The notes beneath the pieces are model-generated. The model did no database searches and was not told where the DNA came from. It saw only the letters and a list, made by a program, of their open reading frames with translations. Source: an uncultured Nitrospiraceae bacterium (GTDB lineage: Bacteria > Nitrospirota > Nitrospiria > Nitrospirales > Nitrospiraceae). Taken from it: a stretch of DNA of 64,000 nucleotides. Location: positions 2,496,001 to 2,560,000 of the forward strand of contig CAWJWJ010000002.1 of NCBI GenBank assembly GCA_963846575.1. Reading direction: 5' to 3'. The position numbers and the translations under genes are program-made. How positions within the stretch are numbered: position 1 is the first letter of the stretch; each line of letters opens with the position of its first letter. Positions 1 through 9,735 of this stretch are shown piece by piece.

Positions 1-373
1 GATGCGCGGCAGGCGTTTCCTCAGGAAGCTCCTCGTCCGCTGCATTTCGTGCCGCCCGCATATCCAACAACATCGAAATCTGTACGCCCAGAAATCCACC
101 CATGGCCGCACCGGATCCTGCTCCGATGGAAATTTTCTCAAACCCCGCTACCAGCCATGCCAGCAGGCCACCCAGGACCGCTCCTACCAGGATGCTGGCC
201 AGGAACCGACGCCCCCCAAGAAATCCCACAACCGCTCCCAGTGCTAATCCTAGTCCAGCCGTAATGGGGACTGAGGAGCCACCCAAGATCGTGCCGATCA
301 AAGCTCCGACAGTGCCCATGACCAGGACACCGAACATTACATCCAATAACGTCCTGATCGACGGCCTGCTCAT
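1..373 (-). CDS. Gly-rich (glycine-zipper) small membrane protein, 3' end beyond window edge
   Basis: Absent from the ORF track; translated by hand from ATG at 373 (upstream AAGGA): MSRPSIRTLLDVMFGVLVMGTVGALIGTILGG...GAVLGGLLAWLVAG...GAAMGGFLGVQ..., open to position 1; many GxxxG motifs; co-oriented with the cluster. Confidence 0.8.
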   Translation of the reverse strand, partial: MSRPSIRTLLDVMFGVLVMGTVGALIGTILGGSSVPITAGLGLALGAVVGFLGGRRFLASILVGAVLGGLLAWLVAGFEKISIGAGSGAAMGGFLGVQISMLLDMRAARNAADEELPEETPAAH

Positions 374-415
374 AACAATGACCGATTCCTTATGAACCTG
401 AAATCACAGAGATTC

Positions 416-1072
416 TCACTTGCCTGTGCTGGCGGTGATCGCACCGAAGTCGATTTCTACACCGGGGGCAGCGAACAACGAGATCCCCCAGGCTTTCTCA
501 GCCGGCTCATGTTTATGAATACGTTTAAAGTCTTCGTATACATTGATGCGCTCTTCAACCCACTCTCCGACAGGAAGCAAGCCGCTTTGCACGACTAATT
601 CCGACCCACTGAACATCCCACCCTCGACAAATGTGCCCTCCGGCTTGCCGGCACTCCAAATGTATTTGGTGAAAACCGGAATAAACATGAGGTCGGTGTC
701 CAGAGAAGCATACAGCGCCGCAATGGGCTCCGAGGCTGGGGGTGCCTTATGCAGACGCCACCGCCACGTCAGGACCGGATAAGCCTTCGGATCCCATTCG
801 ATTTTTCGTTTTTTCAGGCGTTGCCCGGCGTCTCTAACCGCAAGGAACTTCTGTCCGTCGGAGGATTGAACTTTGTATGCGCTTCGACCCTTGGCCTGGC
901 TGCGCTGGTTCTCGTGCTGCCAGTCGATCGGAACGCCTTCCTGGTCCGCGGATTGAAAATCCTCCAAAACCAACACCTGCTCTTCGGCAGCATGCGCAGA
1001 GGGACTCGCACCCGTCAGGCCAAACAACCCAGTCAACCCGACAACGGACACAAAACCGACAATTAACTTCAT
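416..1072 (-). CDS. DUF3047-family exported protein
   Basis: Signal peptide ending AHA-A; YPVLTWRWRLHKAP, YIWS and GEWVEERINVYEDFKRIH match DUF3047; start moved to ATG 1072 (GGAG upstream). Confidence 0.75.
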   Translation of the reverse strand: MKLIVGFVSVVGLTGLFGLTGASPSAHAAEEQVLVLEDFQSADQEGVPIDWQHENQRSQAKGRSAYKVQSSDGQKFLAVRDAGQRLKKRKIEWDPKAYPVLTWRWRLHKAPPASEPIAALYASLDTDLMFIPVFTKYIWSAGKPEGTFVEGGMFSGSELVVQSGLLPVGEWVEERINVYEDFKRIHKHEPAEKAWGISLFAAPGVEIDFGAITASTGK

Positions 1073-1102
1073 AACAATTCTCCGCACTCCCAATAAACTC
1101 AC

Positions 1103-2971
1103 CTATCCCTCGTGCGACGGAGTCGGCAAGAACCCCGCCTCCTTCTCCGCACTCACATCTTCATGCATGACCGGTTGCCGCCCACGCTGACACACCCAGA
1201 ACAGGAAAAACACGGCGCCCCAAAATACGACCATGTTAATGGTGACCATTTTGGCTGCGAATCCGAGCGACGGTGTAAACGCCCAGGGAGAGGCATCCGG
1301 CATCAACTCATTAACATGCCAAGCCAAGCGTCCTGAAGAGCGAATGTAACCCATCAGCCCCATCACCCAGGTAAAGGCCGCCGCCAATCCGAATAAGCCA
1401 ACCATGCCTCGAATGGAAATCCGCCCCCATTGCACGGGACCATGAATCGTCGCGCCGCGCAACATGCGCCGATTCAACAGCAATCCCAGCGTGACTACAG
1501 CCAGCGTCGTGACCGCCTGCGGACCGGAAAGTCCCACCCGGAGACTCGCCGGAAGATAGAATCCATATACCGATAAGCCGATAATGTGCGCCACCCCGAA
1601 ACCAAACAAGGCTCCCATAATGACGTTCCCGGTCTTACGCCATGAAATGGTCAGACTACGATTCGCCCGACGATAGAAGATGTAGCTCAGCGCGGTGATA
1701 CAAATCATGACATTGACCGCACCATTTTTCGACGACATGACGCCGTAATTTCCGATGACCGGGTGTTGCGCTCCACCCATGGCTTTCACTTCGGTACCAG
1801 TCATGAGAATAGTATGCGGCGTTAACCAGATAAAGAGGCATGCGGTAAGACCCAACAGCAGATACTGGTAGTAGGATTGGTACCGCTCGCCGCCACGAAT
1901 TCGTCCCATACTCTGCCACAGATAATAGTTGACCCCCAGGAAGAGCGCGCCGATCAGAAGCGCCTGAACTACAAAAAGCCAGGTCAACAACCCGCCCATC
2001 ATAGTCACGCCCATACTCTGGCTGTAGGCGTAGACCGAGCGCATTAACCAATAACCGGCGAAGGGCATCGGTAACAAGGCGCAAACGGTGACGAATAAGA
2101 ATATGTAACCGACCCAATCGTAGTACGCGCGCTCCTCCTGGGTCTTACCAGTGAAGAAACGATAACAGGCATAGGCCAGGACCACCGCACCGCCCGACAT
2201 AATGTCTGCTAAGAACCGATGCAGATTCAATGGATTCCAGAGGGCGGAATGGAGCAGGTGCCAGGGATTACCCAAATAGCGCCCCTGGTCGTCGACCCCT
2301 GCCGGCGCCATCATGAAGGCGGACCATGCGTTGGCGAGCAGTAGCAAGGACGTCCCGAATACCACCGCCGTCAACCCTAGGGAAAGATGTACCCACTTAA
2401 CACCGGGTAGGGCCATACGATCCCACGTGTAGTAATAGGCAATCGTGAGAAATGTCGTGCCCATGAAGACGAGGGCGTACAGCGGCATCATCACCTTAAA
2501 CGTCCCGCCCATGTACTGCATAAAGCTGGGATAGAGCGTGATAAACATGGTCAGCATGAGGCTGCCCACGACGGCGGTGACGGAGAGAGCCAGCAGCGCC
2601 ACCTTCAGGAGGTCTTGCGCCAGGCCGTCATATCGTATGGCCAATGCAGGATTTCGCGCGAGCAACCCGAGGAACTCCAGCAGGACGCAAAAAATCGGCA
2701 ACGCCAACACAAAGCCACCGAAATAGGTGTGCTGTTGAATGATAAACCACATCAACAACCGGCTGTCGACCGAGCCAAATTGAGGATAGTGGCTCTCATT
2801 ACCCGTCGGCGCCGACGGGCCGCTGGGAACACCGGGTGTATTGAAGTACACATCTCTGGAAGAGTCTGCCGCCCTGAGCGAATCCGGATTCCACAAGGCA
2901 ACCCCTGCGTTCGATAGCACCACGCACAATAGCACACCGATCAAGACCCGAAACGAAAGGCGTGTGGTCAT
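1103..2971 (-). CDS. Cytochrome bd-like oxidase subunit I homolog (CydA-like, no CydB in window)
   Basis: Many TM helices; QQHTYFGGFVL (His19-like), ANAWSAFMMAPAG, LNLHRFLAD (His186-like); C-terminal MGYIRSSGRLAW in place of ExGRQPW. Confidence 0.85.
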   Translation of the reverse strand: MTTRLSFRVLIGVLLCVVLSNAGVALWNPDSLRAADSSRDVYFNTPGVPSGPSAPTGNESHYPQFGSVDSRLLMWFIIQQHTYFGGFVLALPIFCVLLEFLGLLARNPALAIRYDGLAQDLLKVALLALSVTAVVGSLMLTMFITLYPSFMQYMGGTFKVMMPLYALVFMGTTFLTIAYYYTWDRMALPGVKWVHLSLGLTAVVFGTSLLLLANAWSAFMMAPAGVDDQGRYLGNPWHLLHSALWNPLNLHRFLADIMSGGAVVLAYACYRFFTGKTQEERAYYDWVGYIFLFVTVCALLPMPFAGYWLMRSVYAYSQSMGVTMMGGLLTWLFVVQALLIGALFLGVNYYLWQSMGRIRGGERYQSYYQYLLLGLTACLFIWLTPHTILMTGTEVKAMGGAQHPVIGNYGVMSSKNGAVNVMICITALSYIFYRRANRSLTISWRKTGNVIMGALFGFGVAHIIGLSVYGFYLPASLRVGLSGPQAVTTLAVVTLGLLLNRRMLRGATIHGPVQWGRISIRGMVGLFGLAAAFTWVMGLMGYIRSSGRLAWHVNELMPDASPWAFTPSLGFAAKMVTINMVVFWGAVFFLFWVCQRGRQPVMHEDVSAEKEAGFLPTPSHEG

Positions 2972-4053
2972 GACGATACTCTCTGACTGTTTTTTTCAAA
3001 CACAGCCGCAGATGCATTCAATGACGAAGTGGAAACGGACTTACGAGACTGGCCGAGAATCCCCATCACGAAGGGACAGCGCAACAATGCTTCCGGCACC
3101 TCTCCTGACTGACGATTCTCGAGGTCCCGTCGGGAGCCCAAGTAATAACAGTACAAGGCCATCAGTCCACCGACTAGCCCCGCGACCCCTGCAAAGCTGC
3201 CCATCGACTGCATTGGTTGTTTCAACACGTAGAGACAGCTTCCGAGGAGTACTAAGTAGTACGTCGAGGCGAACGCCAATCCAGGCCACCACCAAAACTT
3301 CATCAATTCTCCCCAACGAGTCGCCGCGAGCCTGGACCACCATGCTCTTCCACCTGCCTGGCCGGCAAAAAACGCGAAAAGCGCCACCGTTCCCGCTGCC
3401 ACACTCACGATGCCGCCTTGCATCAGTACGGCCAGGTCCCCACTCACCGCATTGGCGACCATCGCGGAAAGGCCCGCGCAAGCGAGGACTCCAACGCCGA
3501 TCCAACTCAACAGGATCGGGTCAAATCGTTGAAGTAGGGAACGCAGCTCTGCTCCGTCAGGAAAGGTCATGAGCGGACGCCCGTTGGACTCAAGCCACCG
3601 AAGGTACCCGATTTCAAAGGCGTCACGAGCGACCGCTGTACTCGGAATAATCAGCGCCATCATCGCGGGCCCGTCAGGATGTTTGGCATAGTCGTATCCC
3701 ACCAGCCATAACAGGGCCAACACCAGCAGCGAAAGCTGAACACCATAGACAAACCCGATCCAGACCAGCACCCATCCGATACGCCTGATACCATCCGCGC
3801 CCGTCAAGCGGGCGAAAGGCACTGCACGCCCGACACGATAGGCGCAGGCGGCGGTCGCCATCGAGATCAGTCCACTCAGCAGAAGTAGGGTCATGGGATC
3901 CGCCAGCGAAAAACTCTGCTTGGCAAGTCGATAGCAGGCGAAGGCCACCAGCCCGGGGACAAACATGACCAGACGCTTGCGCTTCCGAGCTGAGTCTTCA
4001 GTCACGGGTAAGGTCAAACTGGGGAGAACGCGTAATGCCAGCCGATGCAACAT
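2968..4053 (-). CDS. Polytopic membrane protein of unknown function
   Basis: 361-aa ORF with about 8 hydrophobic segments; 4-nt overlap with the cydA-like start; C-terminal RCPF motif. Confidence 0.75.
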   Translation of the reverse strand: MLHRLALRVLPSLTLPVTEDSARKRKRLVMFVPGLVAFACYRLAKQSFSLADPMTLLLLSGLISMATAACAYRVGRAVPFARLTGADGIRRIGWVLVWIGFVYGVQLSLLVLALLWLVGYDYAKHPDGPAMMALIIPSTAVARDAFEIGYLRWLESNGRPLMTFPDGAELRSLLQRFDPILLSWIGVGVLACAGLSAMVANAVSGDLAVLMQGGIVSVAAGTVALFAFFAGQAGGRAWWSRLAATRWGELMKFWWWPGLAFASTYYLVLLGSCLYVLKQPMQSMGSFAGVAGLVGGLMALYCYYLGSRRDLENRQSGEVPEALLRCPFVMGILGQSRKSVSTSSLNASAAVFEKNSQRVSS

Positions 4054-4128
4054 GGTTCATCCATGGGGAGTGAGGGGTTGGGCGAGGAGACGATGCCTAC
4101 GTCGCAATCCTCAAGTGCGTCTCAGTAT

Positions 4129-4629
4129 TTATGCCTCTTCTCGCTGCGGGGCCATACCGAAATATCGCGCCTTGACCTCTTCCATCAAGGCGACGGTTAC
4201 GGAGACTGCGCCACGATCTACAGCCGTCCGCTCCAGTTCGATTCGAGCCATCGCGCGGACTGGTGCAGGAACGTTGGCGAGCCGACGCTCGGCTTCCGGA
4301 TCCCACGACACCACATCGCCAGTCTGAGCCTGATCGATCAACTCATAGGTAATCACGCGCTGCCGCCTGGTCCGGGCAAACCCTTCCACAAGATCGCGCA
4401 GCGCAGGGACCGCATATGGTGGCACACGATCCAGGCGATGCCTGGCCTCATCGCTCCACATCAGCCGATCGACGATCCCATCGACCTGCCCTACCGGCAG
4501 GTCGATGCCGACCAGCCACCGACAGGAGCGACATTCCGAGCGAACGAACCAGGTTGGCGTGCCGTCCTCGGCATTCCGTTCCTCAACCCCCTCGGTATGC
4601 ATCCATCCCCCGCACCCGCAAACCAGCAT
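4129..4629 (-). CDS. Cys-rich N-terminus plus two PCP_red (protochlorophyllide reductase C-terminal-like) domains
   Basis: CGCGG...CRSC, then WSDEARHRLDRVPPYAV..VEGFAR and WDPEAERRLANVPAPVRAMARIELERTA. Confidence 0.8.
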   Translation of the reverse strand: MLVCGCGGWMHTEGVEERNAEDGTPTWFVRSECRSCRWLVGIDLPVGQVDGIVDRLMWSDEARHRLDRVPPYAVPALRDLVEGFARTRRQRVITYELIDQAQTGDVVSWDPEAERRLANVPAPVRAMARIELERTAVDRGAVSVTVALMEEVKARYFGMAPQREEA

Positions 4630-4650
4630 GTCGTGTTCAGCCTCTCCGTG

Positions 4651-5367
4651 CTATCCGATCTTCCCCGGATACAGGATATACAGCATGGCATAGGTAAAGG
4701 TTCCGGTGAGAAACAAGATGCAGTAGACGATCATGGTGAAGCGCCCCAGCGCGCGATGCCGCTGGCTGCCATCCGGCCAAATACGTTGAATCCCCATTTC
4801 CACCGCAAATACAACCGCTACCAGAATGAGCAACCAGAGATAGACTTCCAATTTGCGTATGGAGAACCCCGCGGACCAGACACGCGTGCCGAACAGGAGC
4901 GCCACAACTGCGGTGAGCCCTACAAAGATGAGACTGACTTTTTTCCATGATGTCTGCAACAGACTACCACTCAGCACTCGGGCGCCGCTGATGAAGCGTT
5001 GCGCGCGAAAACCCAGTACGATCATGTAGACCGCCATGACCAGTCCAATGATCACGAGGATGATGTGAATGGTGAGGACGGGAATGAAAACGTAATCGTA
5101 GAGCGCTTGAGAACCGCCGAATCCTTCTTTCCCTTCGAACGCCAGCACGCCCAGTTGGCGAAACAGGTAATAGGCGGTAAAAAATCCCACCATGGTCACC
5201 ATGCCGCCCAACATCAGCCAGTGATGGCCGTCCGCCCGATGGCGTTTGGCCTGAAACCAGCCGATGATGAATAGCCCCGTAAATAGGGCAGCCATCAACT
5301 GGCTAAGATCGGCACCCAGCGTCGCATGTGTCCCGAAGAAACCCGGTTGTCGAAGGAGCTCAAACAT
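4651..5367 (-). CDS. DUF420-family membrane protein
   Basis: HHWLMLGG, LTIHIIL and RHRALGR His pattern; about 6 TM helices. Confidence 0.75.
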   Translation of the reverse strand: MFELLRQPGFFGTHATLGADLSQLMAALFTGLFIIGWFQAKRHRADGHHWLMLGGMVTMVGFFTAYYLFRQLGVLAFEGKEGFGGSQALYDYVFIPVLTIHIILVIIGLVMAVYMIVLGFRAQRFISGARVLSGSLLQTSWKKVSLIFVGLTAVVALLFGTRVWSAGFSIRKLEVYLWLLILVAVVFAVEMGIQRIWPDGSQRHRALGRFTMIVYCILFLTGTFTYAMLYILYPGKIG

Positions 5368-5375
5368 GGTACATC

Positions 5376-6365
5376 CTAACAGCCAATCGGCTTGACACCT
5401 TGAACCACGGCCGTCCGCTCAATTTCCTCAACCGCGACATACCCTCCATCATGCATCCACTGCATCGCTTCTGCCGTACGATAGCAGGCGCCCCGCTCCG
5501 TATTTACAAGAATATGGACGGCAAATGCCGCGGTCCAAGCCGGGCTTGTGCCGGAAGCATCCAAGAAGCGATCCTTGATGACTAATCGGCCACCGGGATT
5601 GAGATGGCCATGGATCTTTGTCACCAGCGCGGCATTGGTCGCCAGGTCTTGGTAATGAAGAATGTCCGACATCAACACCACATCATAAGGACCGCCTAAC
5701 GAATCACGATTGAAATCACCGGGTTTCAATTGAATTCTCGCCTCTAACCCGGCTTCCTTCACGGTGCGTTCAGTCAAGGGTAGGGTGGTCCGGAGGTCGA
5801 AGACCGTCGCCGAGAGTTGTGGATAAATTTGGCAAAAGGCAATGGCATTCGTCCCCGCCCCCCCGCCCAGATCAAGCATCGTGCGAGCCTTGTCGAGCCC
5901 CAGCCGTTTCGCAAGATCAGGCCCGCTTTGCTGCCCAATCCGATGCAAGACGGACAGGACGTTTGCCCCAAGCGCCGGATCCGTTTCAAAGACATGCTGT
6001 GTCACCGGGGAGCGGCCGGTTCTAATGGCCTCTTCCAGCTTCCCCCAATTGCTCCACTCGGCATCGTGCAGGAGAAGTAAATGCCCTACATACTGAGACG
6101 AATGTTTGACTAGATGGGTTGTGGCCACCGGGCTGTTGGCGTAAATATCGCCGGTTTTCGCGAGGAGTCTGATTGCCACCAGCGCATTAAGCAGAAGTTC
6201 CAGTGTCCGGACATCGGTACCGATTTTTTCAGCGGCTTCGACAGCTGTACGCCCTCGGCCATCCAGCGCCGAAAAGACATCTAACTTCACAGCGGTCAAC
6301 AGAATTTTTGTCTCCCAGTAGTAGCCCAGCTGGAAGATTTCGGCGAGAGACAATTCTCGAGGCAC
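5376..6365 (-). CDS. SAM-dependent O-methyltransferase (dimerisation + Methyltransf_2 domains)
   Basis: TAVKLDVFSAL dimerisation domain; MLDLGGGAG SAM motif; GDF; SDILHY; LNPGGRLVI. Confidence 0.9.
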   Translation of the reverse strand: MPRELSLAEIFQLGYYWETKILLTAVKLDVFSALDGRGRTAVEAAEKIGTDVRTLELLLNALVAIRLLAKTGDIYANSPVATTHLVKHSSQYVGHLLLLHDAEWSNWGKLEEAIRTGRSPVTQHVFETDPALGANVLSVLHRIGQQSGPDLAKRLGLDKARTMLDLGGGAGTNAIAFCQIYPQLSATVFDLRTTLPLTERTVKEAGLEARIQLKPGDFNRDSLGGPYDVVLMSDILHYQDLATNAALVTKIHGHLNPGGRLVIKDRFLDASGTSPAWTAAFAVHILVNTERGACYRTAEAMQWMHDGGYVAVEEIERTAVVQGVKPIGC

Positions 6366-6573
6366 TCGTCACCCACTCAGTTATGTGTCGTTCAAATTGG
6401 GCATCTTACCCAGTTCAGAAAGGGAAACGCAAGGCGAGGAGAGTCACGGAACGCCCCATAAAGAAGGCTGATATTGCGGCGCTGTGCCCGCACGCGCACA
6501 GCGATCCCGTGTAGGTGGAGCACGCCACCGAATCGTCGTTTCTCGCGAGAGCGGATAACAATAATCGACAAAC

Positions 6574-6608
6574 AAAAAGAGCAGTGGCTCATTGGAACCA
6601 CTGCCCTT
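6574..6608 (-). terminator. Intrinsic terminator after the 6642-7439 gene
   Basis: Minus strand GGGCAGTGG-TTCCAATGAG-CCACTGCTC followed by TTTTTGTTT. Confidence 0.7.
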
Positions 6609-6641
6609 CCTGCGGCGGGATCACCCCGCGGAGACGAGTAA

Positions 6642-7439
6642 TTACTTGAGGTCGGCTTTCAAGGTAGCCGTTCCACCTTCGGCAACTTCGACCTCGAACT
6701 CATTCAGCTTTCCCCGGTTCACAAACGGGTGAAAGACCACCACTTTGTGTTTTCCAGCAGGAACACCCTTGAGCTCGAATGATCCATCTTCCTTCACGAC
6801 CGCGTGGTATGGGTTGGCGACTGGGAGGAAGAAGGATTGCATGAACTCATGCTGGTCGCACTGCAACCGGTAATAGCCCTGCTTGTCCGCTCCGCCGCGG
6901 AACTGCACTGGCTTGTCCAACGTGTCACCCTTTTTGGCCAGACCAATGTTGAAACCAGTGGCTGACGAGGAGCCCTTCACCGTAAAGCTGTGCGGATTGT
7001 GGAGCACGCCCTGTGTGGACTTGGGATCATCGGGATCGGCATCGTGGTTTTCGACATGGAAGTTCTTGGTGTTCACCACCACGCCGGCAAACGGCAGAAA
7101 CTGGCAGAACTCCGCGATCACTTCCGTGCCCTTGAAGCCATCGATGAATGCCTTGTCTTCGACGTCATGAACGGAGACGATCGCGTTCTTCAAGCCGCCG
7201 TCTTTACCCACTTCGATGGTCTTGAGAATGCGCTTATCCCCTTCCACCAGGCTCGTGTCCGGAATCTTGGGACAGAACTTAGGATTCGGGAACTTAGAAA
7301 ACAAAAATTCCTTCTGCTCATTTTTCCCAGCGTATGTCACTTTACCGGAAATCGCCCCTCCGGCAAACGAGGCGAGAGGCGCAGCCAGAAACGCTGCGGC
7401 CGCAACGCCGAATACTAATGTCATCGCACCCTTTTTCAT
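6642..7439 (-). CDS. Exported cupredoxin-like / carboxypeptidase-regulatory-like domain protein (paralog 1)
   Basis: Signal peptide; HNPH...RLQCDQHEFM (His...CxxHxxM); NPYHAVV..DGSFELKGVPAGKHKVVVFHP; AGGAGG RBS. Confidence 0.8.
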   Translation of the reverse strand: MKKGAMTLVFGVAAAAFLAAPLASFAGGAISGKVTYAGKNEQKEFLFSKFPNPKFCPKIPDTSLVEGDKRILKTIEVGKDGGLKNAIVSVHDVEDKAFIDGFKGTEVIAEFCQFLPFAGVVVNTKNFHVENHDADPDDPKSTQGVLHNPHSFTVKGSSSATGFNIGLAKKGDTLDKPVQFRGGADKQGYYRLQCDQHEFMQSFFLPVANPYHAVVKEDGSFELKGVPAGKHKVVVFHPFVNRGKLNEFEVEVAEGGTATLKADLK

Positions 7440-7592
7440 GTCACTGCCTCCTTGTAATAAACATTAACGAATCACTTCCGCCGTCACCCAATCAATACAT
7501 AAGAAGGGGCCGGTGACTACTACCCCCATCACGTCATCACAGTTCATTACGTTGTTTGGACGCGGCTGTACGTCCAGAACCCTGAACGTTTG

Positions 7593-7622
7593 TCTATACT
7601 GGAATCATACTCGTACTGTCAA
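7593..7622 (-). promoter_or_regulatory. Putative sigma70 promoter for 6642-7439
   Basis: TTGACA-N18-TATAGA on minus strand. Confidence 0.5.
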
Positions 7623-7647
7623 CTTGAAAACCAGCGGTTTGAAAGCC

Positions 7648-9027
7648 TCACAATTTCACTGGATTAGACGAACGTTTCGGATGTGTGATAATCCGTGCAA
7701 TCGATCCTCCCGCCGTGGCTCGGACGGCATCGTCCTCATCGTGCAAAGCCTCCATCAAGATCGGCAGGACTTCAGCCCCTCCGATTTGCCCCAGCGCTCG
7801 GGCTGCGGCTATTCTGGGACGAGGGATTGGATCCTTCAACATGCCGGCAAGAAATGCGATGCCGGCCTTCGCGCTGGCACCATGAGCCCGACCCACTGCC
7901 TTACCTGCGGCGGAACGTGTTCCCGGATCGGTATTCTGCGCCAACTGATACAACTGAGTCCCGACGGCCTCGAATGGCTCACCCAGCCTCAATAGCGCTG
8001 ACACGACGGCAGCCTTGACGACCGGATTCGAATCATTCAATGCCTTTCTCAGGGCGACGCGGGCCTCCGGCGAACCCAGTTCTCCCAAACTGATCGCCGC
8101 CGAGGTCCTGACCGCAGCTATTTTGTCCTCGAGCGCATGCTCAACCGCTGGAATGCCCTGCACGTTGCCGAAATCTCCCAGGGCAGATGCAGCGGCCCCC
8201 CGCACAGATGGTTGTGTATGGGTCGCGGCTTCCAACAGTATCTCAAGTCCCCGCGAGTCCCTCAGTTCCCCGATCAACCGCAGCGCGGTGGCTCGCTCTT
8301 CTGGGTTTTGCGCCAATGCAGCCTGTCGAACCGTTTCCCACTTCGCCTTCTGCCCCATCTGGTAAAGCGCCCCGGCGGCGGCCAGCCGCACAGCCGGCTG
8401 CTCGTCCTTGAAGGCCTCCTCCAGCAACGGTATCACCGACCGATCGCCGTGTTTCCCCAGCACCTTTAGTACAGTCGCCTTCACCAAACCAGCCTGGTCC
8501 TCCAGGGCTTGGCGGAGTCGAGGCGAACGCCGGCCTGCTTCGAGTTTCCCAAGCGCCTCCGCGACTAGCGCTCGCACCAGGCCAGAACCATCACTCAATC
8601 CATCTTCCAGGTAGGGGATAGTTTCGGATGAATCCACATCCTTAAGAGCCGTATAGGCTGCGCCACGCATCTGTTCCCGCATATCTTTCACAAGAATCAC
8701 GACAAACCCTAGGGCGACTGCTTTCAGCAATCCCGGTTCCTCCTGCGTGACTTGCTCATACTCAGCTAGCGCCTCTTTCGGTTTGCCCACATGGATGAGT
8801 GAATGAATCTTCAGCCGCCTGGTTTCCTGTTGAGGTCCCTTCTCCGCGACAATCTGCTCGATGAGGTCCAGCGCCTCCTGATACTGTTTTCTGTCGAACG
8901 CCGCTTGCGCCTCCGTCACTGTTCGTGCCGAGGCGATTAATGGCCAGAGCACCACCAGCGCCACCAACAGAAGCGACAAGAGCATCCATCCATACGCCCT
9001 CGGAGTCGTTTTCAGTCGAGTCTTCAA
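7648..9027 (-). CDS. Exported HEAT/PBS-lyase-repeat protein with N-terminal TPR-like segment
   Basis: Signal peptide; repeated LxDxxxxVRxxAAxALG units. Confidence 0.85.
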   Translation of the reverse strand: MKTRLKTTPRAYGWMLLSLLLVALVVLWPLIASARTVTEAQAAFDRKQYQEALDLIEQIVAEKGPQQETRRLKIHSLIHVGKPKEALAEYEQVTQEEPGLLKAVALGFVVILVKDMREQMRGAAYTALKDVDSSETIPYLEDGLSDGSGLVRALVAEALGKLEAGRRSPRLRQALEDQAGLVKATVLKVLGKHGDRSVIPLLEEAFKDEQPAVRLAAAGALYQMGQKAKWETVRQAALAQNPEERATALRLIGELRDSRGLEILLEAATHTQPSVRGAAASALGDFGNVQGIPAVEHALEDKIAAVRTSAAISLGELGSPEARVALRKALNDSNPVVKAAVVSALLRLGEPFEAVGTQLYQLAQNTDPGTRSAAGKAVGRAHGASAKAGIAFLAGMLKDPIPRPRIAAARALGQIGGAEVLPILMEALHDEDDAVRATAGGSIARIITHPKRSSNPVKL

Positions 9028-9063
9028 TCGTATGACCTTTCCCGGTACTCCGCTTCTGGCGCC

Positions 9064-9735
9064 CTACCCTCGTTCCTGCAGAGTGGACCCCGGAACCCAA
9101 CGTCTATATCCAGCGGGTTCATCAAAATAGTAGTCAGGCTGGGGAGAAAAACGGATACGCAGATATTCAATGGACCATTCCCGGTCCTGGCTCACCAGTT
9201 TCAAAACGACACCCGTCTCGGTATCCACCCATTCGTAAAATCGTTCCTTCCGGCCGTGATGATCAGCCCGCACCTCATAGAGCTTTGACGCACGGCCGAT
9301 CGTCGTGGCATCACCCACCAGAATTCTGCCGGTCTCTCCAGGAAGAGTAGGCTCAATGGGCAGGATGTCTTCGGACTTGACAGGCACCGCAAGAATTTCT
9401 CGACGCTGCGCCAACAAAAACCAGGATTCCTGTTTGTCCAGACGAATAATTTCTATGCTGGAATAACCGAGTTCTGTCTTCACCGCATACTTGTACTCCA
9501 AACGAAGCCGATCGCCCTTGGCGAAGACCTGGGCTTCGAAGCGACGCGCTCCCACATGCTTGACCAGGGAAGCCGAAAACTCTGTCTGCCTGGGAGACGG
9601 CGGCCTGTCTAGGGCCGCAGACGCAAGTCCAGCGTTGAGACAGAGACTCAGCAGCAGGCATCCTGCGACAACCTCCCGGGGAAGGCCGATCCCTGCACGT
9701 CTAGTGTTGATGCTCCACCAGTGGCTGAATCTCAA
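9064..9735 (-). CDS. Exported beta-rich protein (LolA/DUF4412-like fold suspected); start uncertain
   Basis: The track start (9843) overlaps the upstream gene by about 140 nt; TTG at 9735 gives a signal peptide ending ASA-A; RLRLEY, IIRLDK and WVDTETG..LK patterns. Confidence 0.6.
   Translation of the reverse strand: MRFSHWWSINTRRAGIGLPREVVAGCLLLSLCLNAGLASAALDRPPSPRQTEFSASLVKHVGARRFEAQVFAKGDRLRLEYKYAVKTELGYSSIEIIRLDKQESWFLLAQRREILAVPVKSEDILPIEPTLPGETGRILVGDATTIGRASKLYEVRADHHGRKERFYEWVDTETGVVLKLVSQDREWSIEYLRIRFSPQPDYYFDEPAGYRRWVPGSTLQERG

Noticed and set aside
102..395. Plus-strand ORFs at the window start
   Set aside because: They are antisense to a more convincing Gly-rich membrane gene on the minus strand (373 to window edge)
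6480..6503. Hairpin CGCTGTGC-N8-GCACAGCG as an sRNA or REP element
   Set aside because: Single copy with no other support
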